This document shows, piece by piece, positions 47,205-55,156 of a stretch of DNA of 64,000 bases. The stretch is from a phage. The notes beneath the pieces were generated by a model that made no database searches, had not been told where the DNA came from, and saw only the letters and a program-made list of their open reading frames with translations. A program made the position numbers and the translations under genes. Position 1 is the stretch's first letter. The number at the start of each line of letters is the position of its first letter. The stretch lies in sequence record OZ335963.1; one strand, 5' to 3'.

Positions 47205-47678
47205 TTATTTGATTTGTTTAGCAGACCAAATGCGGTCTTTAATAATTTTTTGGATGTCTTCAACATACTCAAGAGAGTGAACATGTGGATTATCTTTGAA
47301 ACTATAAGCACGGGCTAACTTTTGGCCTTCGGTTTTGATTACTAAAAGCTCTTTAAGGATAGCTTCATATTTAGCAATAATTCCTTTAACGATATTTTTT
47401 TCTTGTGCCGCTTTAGGATCTGCTTTAGGAGCAGGTTTACCCGAAGCCTTTGCAAAAGCAGCGCCAGTAGCAACTAGACTTTTCCAGGCCATACTAACTG
47501 CATTTCCCGTAAATCCTTCTGCTTTCATGTCGCGAGCAAATTGGAATCGTGATTCGTCAGAAGCATCTTTATAGGAATATTTACCCGCTGCAATGGCTGC
47601 TTTTGCGACAGCTTGAATTTCGGTGCTAGATGCTTCATTTAACACCGCTTCATTTAAAAATTGAGCATATGATTTCAT
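47205..47678 (-). CDS. internal-protein-like (capsid targeting sequence)
   Basis: 157 aa starting MKSYAQFLNEA; late promoter upstream. Confidence 0.6.
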   Translation of the reverse strand: MKSYAQFLNEAVLNEASSTEIQAVAKAAIAAGKYSYKDASDESRFQFARDMKAEGFTGNAVSMAWKSLVATGAAFAKASGKPAPKADPKAAQEKNIVKGIIAKYEAILKELLVIKTEGQKLARAYSFKDNPHVHSLEYVEDIQKIIKDRIWSAKQIK

Positions 47679-47718
47679 CTTATTTCCTGTTTTAATTCGT
47701 GGATTTAATATACTACTG

Positions 47719-47726
47719 TATTTATA
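47719..47726 (-). promoter_or_regulatory. late promoter TATAAATA
   Basis: Exact TATAAATA on the minus strand about 40 nt upstream of the 47678 start. Confidence 0.5.
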
Positions 47727-47727
47727 C

Positions 47728-47756
47728 TAAAAAGCCCCAACCTTTCGGTCGGGGCT
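47728..47756 (-). terminator. rho-independent terminator at the end of the tRNA/stable-RNA transcript (copy 2 of repeat)
   Basis: GCCCCGACC-GAAA-GGUUGGGGC followed by U5. Confidence 0.7.
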
Positions 47757-47759
47757 AAG

Positions 47760-48072
47760 CCTTGCGGCAACCTTGTCGGGGTTCCACCTGCTAAGGCAAG
47801 TGTTTGTACGAAACGCCGGGATTTGAACCCGGTTATTAAGTAGTTGACGCTACTCAATATTTTTAAAAGGCCATATCTCGACCATATCCGAACGTTCCGT
47901 CAAAAACGCTACTCGGCTTACGGCAAAGATATTTCCTCGAATCGATAATTCTGTGCGCCGTTTCAGCTGTGATGTAAGGGGGCATTAACAGATCGTAAAG
48001 ATTTGTTAATGCCAGTCCTTACCCAGGGAACATCAGTCCGACGACTTACCGGTAGCGACCCGGTTTCTTGTT
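47760..48072 (-). ncRNA. candidate stable structured RNA(s) distal to the tRNA cluster
   Basis: No ORF; tRNA-like T-arm CCGGGTTCAAATCCCGG without an acceptor stem; 10-bp hairpin GGCATTAACA/TGTTAATGCC. Confidence 0.3.
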
Positions 48073-48148
48073 TGGTCGAGGCAGTAGGGATCGAACCTAC
48101 GACCTAGGACTTAGAAGGTCCTTGCTCTTCCTTCTGAGCTATGCCTCG
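48073..48148 (-). tRNA. tRNA-Arg (UCU)
   Basis: Hand-folded cloverleaf: acceptor CGAGGCA/TGCCTCG, anticodon loop CUUCUAA, T-arm GGTTCGATCC, CCA encoded. Confidence 0.8.
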
Positions 48149-48152
48149 TATT

Positions 48153-48227
48153 TGGCGGACATGCATGGATTCGAACCATGGACCAATTGATTAACAGTCA
48201 ACTGCTCTACCACTGAGCTACACATCC
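48153..48227 (-). tRNA. tRNA-Asn (GUU)
   Basis: Hand-folded: D-arm TAGCTCAGTGGTAGAGC, anticodon loop CUGUUAA, T-arm GGTTCGAATCC, CCA encoded; acceptor has two G-U pairs. Confidence 0.65.
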
Positions 48228-48231
48228 AAAT

Positions 48232-48318
48232 TGGTGGGGAGTGATGGAGTCGAACCACCCGAGTCGCAATGACAATGGATTTACAGTCCACACCGCTACC
48301 TCTACGGGATAACTCCCC
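48232..48318 (-). tRNA. tRNA-Tyr (GUA)
   Basis: Hand-folded: acceptor GGGGAGT/ACTCCCC, anticodon loop CUGUAAA, long variable arm, CCA encoded. Confidence 0.65.
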
Positions 48319-48331
48319 TTAATTCTTAATT

Positions 48332-48406
48332 TGGTGGCCCTGGGTGGAATTGAACCACCATCTGGCGATTATGAGTCGCTTGCTTGAACCTTCCAGCTAC
48401 AGGGCC
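48332..48406 (-). tRNA. tRNA with CAU anticodon (Ile or Met)
   Basis: Hand-folded: acceptor GGCCCTG/CAGGGCC, anticodon loop CUCAUAA, T-arm GGTTCAATTCC, CCA encoded. Confidence 0.7.
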
Positions 48407-48407
48407 T

Positions 48408-48483
48408 TGGTGCTGATTGACGGAATCGAACCGCCGACATCCTCATTACAAGTGAGGTGCTCTACCTACTGAGCTAAATCAGC
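48408..48483 (-). tRNA. tRNA-Thr (UGU)
   Basis: Hand-folded: acceptor GCTGATT/AATCAGC, anticodon stem CCTCA/TGAGG, loop CUUGUAA, CCA encoded. Confidence 0.8.
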
Positions 48484-48488
48484 AAAAC

Positions 48489-48578
48489 TGGCGGAGGCGA
48501 TAGGATTTGAACCTATGAGTCGCCGGAGCGACTGCCGGTTTTCAAGACCGGTGCATTAAACCACTCTGCCACGCCTCC
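48489..48578 (-). tRNA. tRNA-Ser (UGA)
   Basis: Hand-folded: acceptor GGAGGCG/CGCCTCC, anticodon loop CUUGAAA, long variable arm, CCA encoded. Confidence 0.8.
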
Positions 48579-48580
48579 AG

Positions 48581-48654
48581 TCTCCGCGGCAGGATTTGAA
48601 CCTGCGACATTCTGCTCCCAAAGCAGACGCTCTACCAAACTGAGCTACACGGAG
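48581..48654 (-). tRNA. tRNA-Pro (UGG), CCA not encoded
   Basis: Hand-folded: anticodon stem TCTGC/GCAGA, loop UUUGGGA; 3' end abuts tRNA-Ser with 2-nt spacer. Confidence 0.8.
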
Positions 48655-48664
48655 TAAATTAAAT

Positions 48665-48738
<74 letters not shown>

Positions 48739-48743
48739 AAATT

Positions 48744-48830
48744 TGGTGCGAGAAGTGGGACTCGAACCCACAAGGAAATCATTCCGCAGCATTTTAAGTG
48801 CTGTGCCTTTACCAATTTGACCATTCTCGC
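48744..48830 (-). tRNA. tRNA-Leu (UAA)
   Basis: Hand-folded: acceptor GCGAGAA/TTCTCGC, anticodon loop CUUAAAA, long variable arm, CCA encoded. Confidence 0.8.
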
Positions 48831-48831
48831 G

Positions 48832-48904
48832 CTGGGAATAAAGGACTCGAACCTTTGCATCTAGCAGTCAAAGTGCTATGCCTTACCAACTTGGCTAATT
48901 CCCA
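48832..48904 (-). tRNA. tRNA-Gln (UUG), CCA not encoded
   Basis: Hand-folded: acceptor TGGGAAT/ATTCCCA, anticodon loop CUUUGAC; 3' end 1 nt from tRNA-Leu 5' end. Confidence 0.8.
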
Positions 48905-48990
48905 ATTATTAACAAAGGCTCTCAAACAAGAACCCTTGATGATAGAGGGTATTAATCAGTGCGATATGAGTTAATAATAACAAATAATTC

Positions 48991-49506
48991 TTAAAGCAAA
49001 TTAAACATTTTAACGGTCGGTAAAACAATTTCTTCTTCGATATAAGCAAATTCTACATGTTCAACTACACGCAAGAAATCATATTCGCAGTATTCAGAAG
49101 CATGACCAAGAATATCAATGAGGCCTTCAGATATCTTATTACCATTCACAAAGAATAAGTCAAATACGCGTTCTTCATCTTCTTCGGATTTATTACCAAG
49201 GTCAACTTCTATATCAAAGACCTTTTTAATGAATTCTGGATAAAGTTGGTCTGAGAACAGTCCTTCAACCAAATATTCATATATAAAAAGCTCTTGCTCG
49301 CTGAATAAACCATTGCCGCAATAACGGTCAGCTTTGGTGCTAGAATGACGGCTCTTAAACTTCTTCAAAAGATATTTAAATTGTTGGAGCTCATGCTCTT
49401 CTACGCCAAACAGTGTTTTAGTTTTATAGTTGTCACCATCATTTTCATAGGTAGTGACATCAATTACGTAACCCTTAGGAATTGTGCTGCCTAAACGAAT
49501 ATACAT
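48991..49506 (-). CDS. hypothetical protein
   Basis: 171-aa acidic ORF between tRNA cluster and ipI. Confidence 0.55.
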   Translation of the reverse strand: MYIRLGSTIPKGYVIDVTTYENDGDNYKTKTLFGVEEHELQQFKYLLKKFKSRHSSTKADRYCGNGLFSEQELFIYEYLVEGLFSDQLYPEFIKKVFDIEVDLGNKSEEDEERVFDLFFVNGNKISEGLIDILGHASEYCEYDFLRVVEHVEFAYIEEEIVLPTVKMFNLL

Positions 49507-49802
49507 TTGCTCACCATATTAATGTAAGTATATTTAATACATTCAAGACCCAAAGGATTCTTGAAAATATCATATTCAAGAGGACCTTTTTCTGTTTCAA
49601 TAAAGAAATCAAAATTTACTGTATTAAATTTACGGTCTTCCTTTACTAATTTAACCTGTGAAGACGAACGGTCAATGTAAACCTTTTCAACTTCAAAACA
49701 CGTTAAAATGTCATAATCATCAATCAAGGCTTTAGCTGCTTCTTGATCATATTTATATCCATTTTCAATGGATGATACTTTCGCATAAAGAATCATTATC
49801 AA
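49491..49802 (-). CDS. hypothetical protein
   Basis: 103-aa ORF. Confidence 0.5.
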   Translation of the reverse strand: MIMILYAKVSSIENGYKYDQEAAKALIDDYDILTCFEVEKVYIDRSSSQVKLVKEDRKFNTVNFDFFIETEKGPLEYDIFKNPLGLECIKYTYINMVSKCIFV

Positions 49803-50218
49803 CCTTCATCAATAATAGTATGCGTATTGGCATTTACAATTTGCCACCAATCAAAGCGATTGGAACCATACATCGGTTTGTTTTCATTTTCTTTGATGAT
49901 GTCACGGAGTTCATCTTCAGTGGCGGCTTTCGCGATTAAATCAGCATATCCACCACGAGGATAATAATTATCACCTGCAAAAAGTAAAAAGTTTGGTTTA
50001 ATGTTATTGAACTCTTCAAGAGTAATAACTTTTCCTGACGGTTGAACAATCTCTACATATTTATATCCCAATTTTTGAGCCGCATCTACTGCTTCAAGCA
50101 AAGTATCATGAGCCCATCCAATTTGACAACCTGGCTTTTCAGATGGATTAGCCTGATAATCCGCATACACTTTATACATTCTATTCACCTTTAGAAATTT
50201 TATCCATAACAATAGCAA
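49799..50218 (-). CDS. hypothetical protein
   Basis: 139-aa ORF, probably starting at MYKVYADYQ. Confidence 0.5.
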   Translation of the reverse strand: MLLLWIKFLKVNRMYKVYADYQANPSEKPGCQIGWAHDTLLEAVDAAQKLGYKYVEIVQPSGKVITLEEFNNIKPNFLLFAGDNYYPRGGYADLIAKAATEDELRDIIKENENKPMYGSNRFDWWQIVNANTHTIIDEG

Positions 50219-50366
50219 TTAAACCAATTAAAAATGCTACTACAAGTGAAAACACATTTTCTGCTGTAGTCAATAATCCGCATATAAATCCAACAAACAT
50301 TGAAAAACTAAAAGCGGAAGCAGAAATTGCAATAGCAACATTTCGAATTAATTCACAACGTTTCAT
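50181..50366 (-). CDS. small membrane protein
   Basis: 61 aa, two hydrophobic helices; GGAG Shine-Dalgarno; early promoter upstream. Confidence 0.5.
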   Translation of the reverse strand: MKRCELIRNVAIAISASAFSFSMFVGFICGLLTTAENVFSLVVAFLIGLIAIVMDKISKGE

Positions 50367-50380
50367 TTTATTCTCCTCGG

Positions 50381-50445
50381 TAGTTGATAGGGTAATAGTA
50401 TCACAACTAAAACCCTATGTAAACAACTTTGTGAAATATTTATTA
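50381..50445 (-). promoter_or_regulatory. early promoter
   Basis: Minus-strand GTTTACATAGGGTTTTAGTTGTGATACTATTACC. Confidence 0.6.
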
Positions 50446-50730
50446 CAAAAGATTTTTAGCAATAATCTTGAGATGTGCCGCAGAAATGTGTTTAGCTTTA
50501 AACAACGCAGTTTCTTCAGCAGGAGAGATAATGATTGTAGCACCATCCTTTTTAGCAGACCACCCATCACCTAGGTAAACAGTACCTTTGATTTCTTCGC
50601 CATCAACCAGACTAATCATTGGTTTACCTTCTCGTCCTTTATTTGCTTTAATAACTTCAGAAGTAAGAGTAGCTTCGGTAATAGTAGAAACTGGGGTAGT
50701 TGTAGAAGTAAATTCTTTAAATGTTTTCAT
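50443..50730 (-). CDS. ipI: internal protein I (IPI, anti-restriction)
   Basis: 95-aa precursor with 19-residue targeting sequence MKTFKEFTSTTTPVSTITE before Ala20; T4 position upstream of 57B. Confidence 0.75.
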   Translation of the reverse strand: MKTFKEFTSTTTPVSTITEATLTSEVIKANKGREGKPMISLVDGEEIKGTVYLGDGWSAKKDGATIIISPAEETALFKAKHISAAHLKIIAKNLL

Positions 50731-50744
50731 TTTATTTTCCTAAT

Positions 50745-50810
50745 TAATTTTGATGAGATAATGGTATCACAACTAAAACCCTGTGTAAACAGCTTTGTGA
50801 AATTATTTTA
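50745..50810 (-). promoter_or_regulatory. early promoter (duplicated leader module, copy 1)
   Basis: Minus-strand GTTTACACAGGGTTTTAGTTGTGATACCATTATC; flanking 5' leader duplicated at 51075. Confidence 0.6.
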
Positions 50811-51060
50811 AATCTTCTAATCGTTTCTTCATCTTAGAACCGTTCTTAGCGATTTCGCCTGCATCAGAGCATAATGCTAAAAGAGCTTTAACTTTAGTTT
50901 GGTCTCCTTTAAAAGATGAAGGATCGACTGCAGCAGCAAGTTCTTTAATACGAGAGAAAAGACGCTCAGCTTCAGCTAAAGCCATTCCAAGCTTTACTTC
51001 CATACCGTGGGAAGATTCAGTAATAGTAGTTTTTGTAGCAAACTCTTTGAAAGTTTTCAT
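50803..51060 (-). CDS. internal-protein-like (capsid targeting sequence)
   Basis: 85 aa starting MKTFKEFATKTTITE; 5' leader and first codons duplicated from ipI. Confidence 0.55.
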   Translation of the reverse strand: MKTFKEFATKTTITESSHGMEVKLGMALAEAERLFSRIKELAAAVDPSSFKGDQTKVKALLALCSDAGEIAKNGSKMKKRLEDLK

Positions 51061-51074
51061 TTTATTTTCCTAAT

Positions 51075-51829
<755 letters not shown>

Positions 51830-51830
<1 letters not shown>

Positions 51831-52555
51831 TATAGTACCTTTAGTGTATTTTTAATTTTAGAAAAAAGTTCTTCAAGAGAACCATCGTTTGTAATTACTA
51901 AATCGCCATCACGAATTGGCAATCCAGCTTCTGTAATATGAGTATCATTGGATTTTTGACCAGGACGAACTACATGAATTACTGTAGCACCCATCGCCCT
52001 AGCCGCATCCATTTCATGATCTTGACGAGTATCAGGAACGATATAATAATCATAGCCTGAGTTAAATTTATCAAGATAATCTAAAGCAAATAATTTTACC
52101 CAATACATGCGGTCGAAGTTATTAACAATCAAATCCGTACCTAGGGCTTGCATCAGACGACGGACTGACCATTGATCTTCAATATTATTTATAACATCAG
52201 CAATCTTGTTAAATGCTACGAAAGTAACTGATTCTTTTCCTTCGTCATCAAAAACAAACACGCCTTTAATTGGGCTTTTACTATTAAGATAGCAAAATGC
52301 TTGTTCCATAATCGTAATTACTTCTAATTTAGTCAGATTTAAATTAGTCTCACGATCATAGTCAATTCCTTCAAACTCTTTACGAGTTAAGCAAGGATAG
52401 TCAGTGTTTGCAGCAAACACGCCCCATGCATAAGCCAATGCATCTTTAATAGGACCAGCAAGTTGATATTTAGCTGCAGAATAATTATTCATGATAAAAT
52501 CTGCAGTAGTATCTTTTCCACTACGCTTTACACCACTTAAAAAGATTAGTTTCAT
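51830..52555 (-). CDS. 1: deoxynucleoside monophosphate kinase gp1
   Basis: 241 aa; P-loop GVKRSGKDT; matches remembered T4 gp1 start MKLIFLSGVKRSGKDTTADFI. Confidence 0.93.
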
Positions 52556-52604
52556 ATGTTTCTCCTCAAATTTAGTTAAGATTATAACACATGAAACTGA
52601 AGCA

Positions 52605-53135
52605 TTAAACTTCTGCTATAATTTTACCATCTTTTTCTACTTGAAAATACGTATAAGGAATCGTTGCTGTACATACTAAAGCTGGATCTGAATCTTCTGT
52701 GTAGCTAAATTCTACTTCAGACAGGTCAGAAACCCAGGGCTTATAAAAATTTATTGACATCACGATTTCAGTTTTACTATTATCTAAAATGTAAAGCGTA
52801 ATGTATTCAGGACCTGTTTTTTGGGCAGTATTTTCACCTGTAAGATAGTTACTAGTTCCTAGCATCCATTCATACATTCCTATCCACGACTTAAGCTCTT
52901 CATCAACTATAAATCTCACGATGAGTGGATCGTACTCAAATGTAACTCCTGGACGCTGTGCTCGGCCTAGTCCAAACGGCCCAGTCACGGTATCAGTAAC
53001 AGGTATTCTAATTCCTGGAATAGGAACTGACTGAGCATTTAAAGTAAAAGCAGATGTAGTATTACTATGCGGTATTGATACTACAAAGTTAGTTGTATTT
53101 GCTTGGTTAAAAATTTGTTGCAGAGCTTGTGACAT
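52605..53135 (-). CDS. 3: tail completion/sheath stabiliser gp3
   Basis: Start at MSQALQQIF with GAGGAA Shine-Dalgarno gives 176 aa as in T4; T4 order 1-3-2-4. Confidence 0.8.
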   Translation of the reverse strand: MSQALQQIFNQANTTNFVVSIPHSNTTSAFTLNAQSVPIPGIRIPVTDTVTGPFGLGRAQRPGVTFEYDPLIVRFIVDEELKSWIGMYEWMLGTSNYLTGENTAQKTGPEYITLYILDNSKTEIVMSINFYKPWVSDLSEVEFSYTEDSDPALVCTATIPYTYFQVEKDGKIIAEV

Positions 53136-53241
53136 ATATTCCTCATAATGCTTTATAAATGTTGGTGGTATAATGGGTCTAAGTCCCTTCCATTCAATTC
53201 CAATTAGAACAAACAATAGAAAAGAATGGAAGATAATAGAA

Positions 53242-54066
53242 TTAGATATTTGACCAGACTTTGTTTGCAGAGAAACGTTTTCCTTTTGAAACGAACTGCT
53301 GAAGTGGCATTAACACAACGTTCGCCCAGTCTTTCGGGGCGATTTCAACAAGGCTACCCATAATATTACCAGGTATATATGCCTTAATCATTTGGTCTGC
53401 ACCCCTAAATCCTTTCACTTGACTCCAATCAATTTTTAATTTTGTTTTATTAGTAATAGTAGGTGTATTTGAATATTGCTTTAAAAGCTCTTCTAGAAAT
53501 TGCTGACGAGCTTTAGGTGGAATATAGTGCAAGTTCAATCCGTACATTAAATTATGTTTACCTAAACCAAGATAAATTATCAAAGGAAATTTATCCCAGT
53601 AAGGAAGAGTTTCCTTGTGTTTAGCATCATAAGCAAAAGCATATATTCGTCCCGGCTGCGGGCGAACAACTTTATGTCCTTTTACTTGCTTAATAGTTTC
53701 AGCAAACCACTTTCTGGTTTTATTATTAATTGCTGCGCCTTCATTACGAATTTTATCACGCAATGTTTGCCTGAATGAATTTATCATAAGCAGTTGTCTT
53801 TCTTGCTTATTGAGTTTATTCATTGGTTTTGATTCAAGCTTTTGAATCTTTTCAGCTGTTTTAATTCCTGAAGCATATTTTGACATTGCCGAAGTAAACG
53901 TAGAGTATTTGATTCCTCTTTCTTCAGCAAATTGCTTTCCTGTCATTCCTTTTGCTTTGGCCTTTCTGTATTCAAGACCTATCTGAATCCATTTCTTTTC
54001 GTTTAATGATTGCTTAACCTTTGGAACTTGGGGAGTGCTTTCATTAATTATTTGAAAAATAGCCAT
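53242..54066 (-). CDS. 2: DNA end protector gp2
   Basis: 274 aa, T4 length and position. Confidence 0.85.
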   Translation of the reverse strand: MAIFQIINESTPQVPKVKQSLNEKKWIQIGLEYRKAKAKGMTGKQFAEERGIKYSTFTSAMSKYASGIKTAEKIQKLESKPMNKLNKQERQLLMINSFRQTLRDKIRNEGAAINNKTRKWFAETIKQVKGHKVVRPQPGRIYAFAYDAKHKETLPYWDKFPLIIYLGLGKHNLMYGLNLHYIPPKARQQFLEELLKQYSNTPTITNKTKLKIDWSQVKGFRGADQMIKAYIPGNIMGSLVEIAPKDWANVVLMPLQQFVSKGKRFSANKVWSNI

Positions 54067-54518
54067 TATGCCCCCTTAAAGCCAAGAGCTCGTAATCCAT
54101 CTTCTGTTAGAATTCTAAATTTTATTCCACGCTTTTCAGCTAAAGCTTGTGCTGCTTTCCATTTGTCAGTATTAACGGAATATGTATAAATTTCATTCAT
54201 AAATCTTTTCTTCGCTGCAGTTGTTAGATGTGACGGTTTAACTGGTGGTTGTGTTTCTTTTTTAGGTTTTATTTCAATAAAAAATTCTTGTCCAGAAGAA
54301 TCTTTCATCCAAATATCCATGAAGTATCTACGTTTTTTCCCTTCTGCATTACAAAAATAAGGAATTACTGCTGTTTCACTACCCCATGCAATAATTTCTG
54401 GATTTTTATCTAACCATTCAAAAAAGAATTTTTCCCAATTTGATCTATACGTAATTTTTTTAGGGTCACCTCTATATTTTGATATATTTTTAGGAACCCA
54501 TTTTCCAGAATATGCCAT
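54066..54518 (-). CDS. 4: head completion protein gp4
   Basis: 150 aa, T4 length and position; start overlaps gp2 stop. Confidence 0.85.
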   Translation of the reverse strand: MAYSGKWVPKNISKYRGDPKKITYRSNWEKFFFEWLDKNPEIIAWGSETAVIPYFCNAEGKKRRYFMDIWMKDSSGQEFFIEIKPKKETQPPVKPSHLTTAAKKRFMNEIYTYSVNTDKWKAAQALAEKRGIKFRILTEDGLRALGFKGA

Positions 54519-54529
54519 TGGATTCTCCT

Positions 54530-54537
54530 TATAAATA
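54530..54537 (+). promoter_or_regulatory. late promoter TATAAATA for gene 53
   Basis: Exact TATAAATA 29 nt upstream of the gene 53 ATG. Confidence 0.6.
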
Positions 54538-54544
54538 GATAATA

Positions 54545-54552
54545 TATTTATA
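54545..54552 (-). promoter_or_regulatory. late promoter TATAAATA for genes 4-2-3 (divergent)
   Basis: Exact TATAAATA on the minus strand upstream of the gene 4 ATG. Confidence 0.5.
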
Positions 54553-54565
54553 AACAGGAGGGCCC

Positions 54566-55156
54566 ATGCTCTTTACATTTTTTGATCCGATTGAATATGC
54601 GGCCAAAACGGTGAATAAAAACGCGCCGACTATTCCTATGACAGATATTTTTAGAAACTATAAAGACTATTTCAAACGTGCTCTTGCAGGATACCGCTTA
54701 CGCACTTATTATATTAAAGGTTCACCACGCCCGGAAGAATTAGCAAATGCTATATATGGAAATCCGCAGTTGTATTGGGTTTTATTGATGTGTAATGATA
54801 ATTATGATCCGTATTATGGATGGATTACTTCGCAAGAAGCTGCTTATCAAGCATCTATACAAAAATACAAAAACGTAGGTGGAGACCAAATAGTATATCA
54901 TGTGAATGAGAACGGTGAAAAATTTTATAATTTAATATCATACGATGATAATCCATATGTTTGGTATGACAAAGGTGATAAAGCTAGAAAATATCCTCAA
55001 TATGAAGGAGCACTTGCCGCGGTCGATACGTATGAAGCTGCTGTTCTTGAAAATGAAAAACTTCGTCAAATAAAAATAATAGCAAAATCAGACATCAATT
55101 CATTTATGAACGACCTTATACGTATAATGGAGAAATCTTATGGAAATGATAAGTAA
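54566..55156 (+). CDS. 53: baseplate wedge protein gp53
   Basis: 196 aa, T4 length and position. Confidence 0.88.
   Translation: MLFTFFDPIEYAAKTVNKNAPTIPMTDIFRNYKDYFKRALAGYRLRTYYIKGSPRPEELANAIYGNPQLYWVLLMCNDNYDPYYGWITSQEAAYQASIQKYKNVGGDQIVYHVNENGEKFYNLISYDDNPYVWYDKGDKARKYPQYEGALAAVDTYEAAVLENEKLRQIKIIAKSDINSFMNDLIRIMEKSYGNDK

Noticed and set aside
47797-47880. Possible eleventh tRNA around the T-arm-like CCGGGTTCAAATCCCGG
   Set aside because: No complementary acceptor stem and no 7-nt anticodon loop could be folded; kept only as part of a candidate stable RNA.
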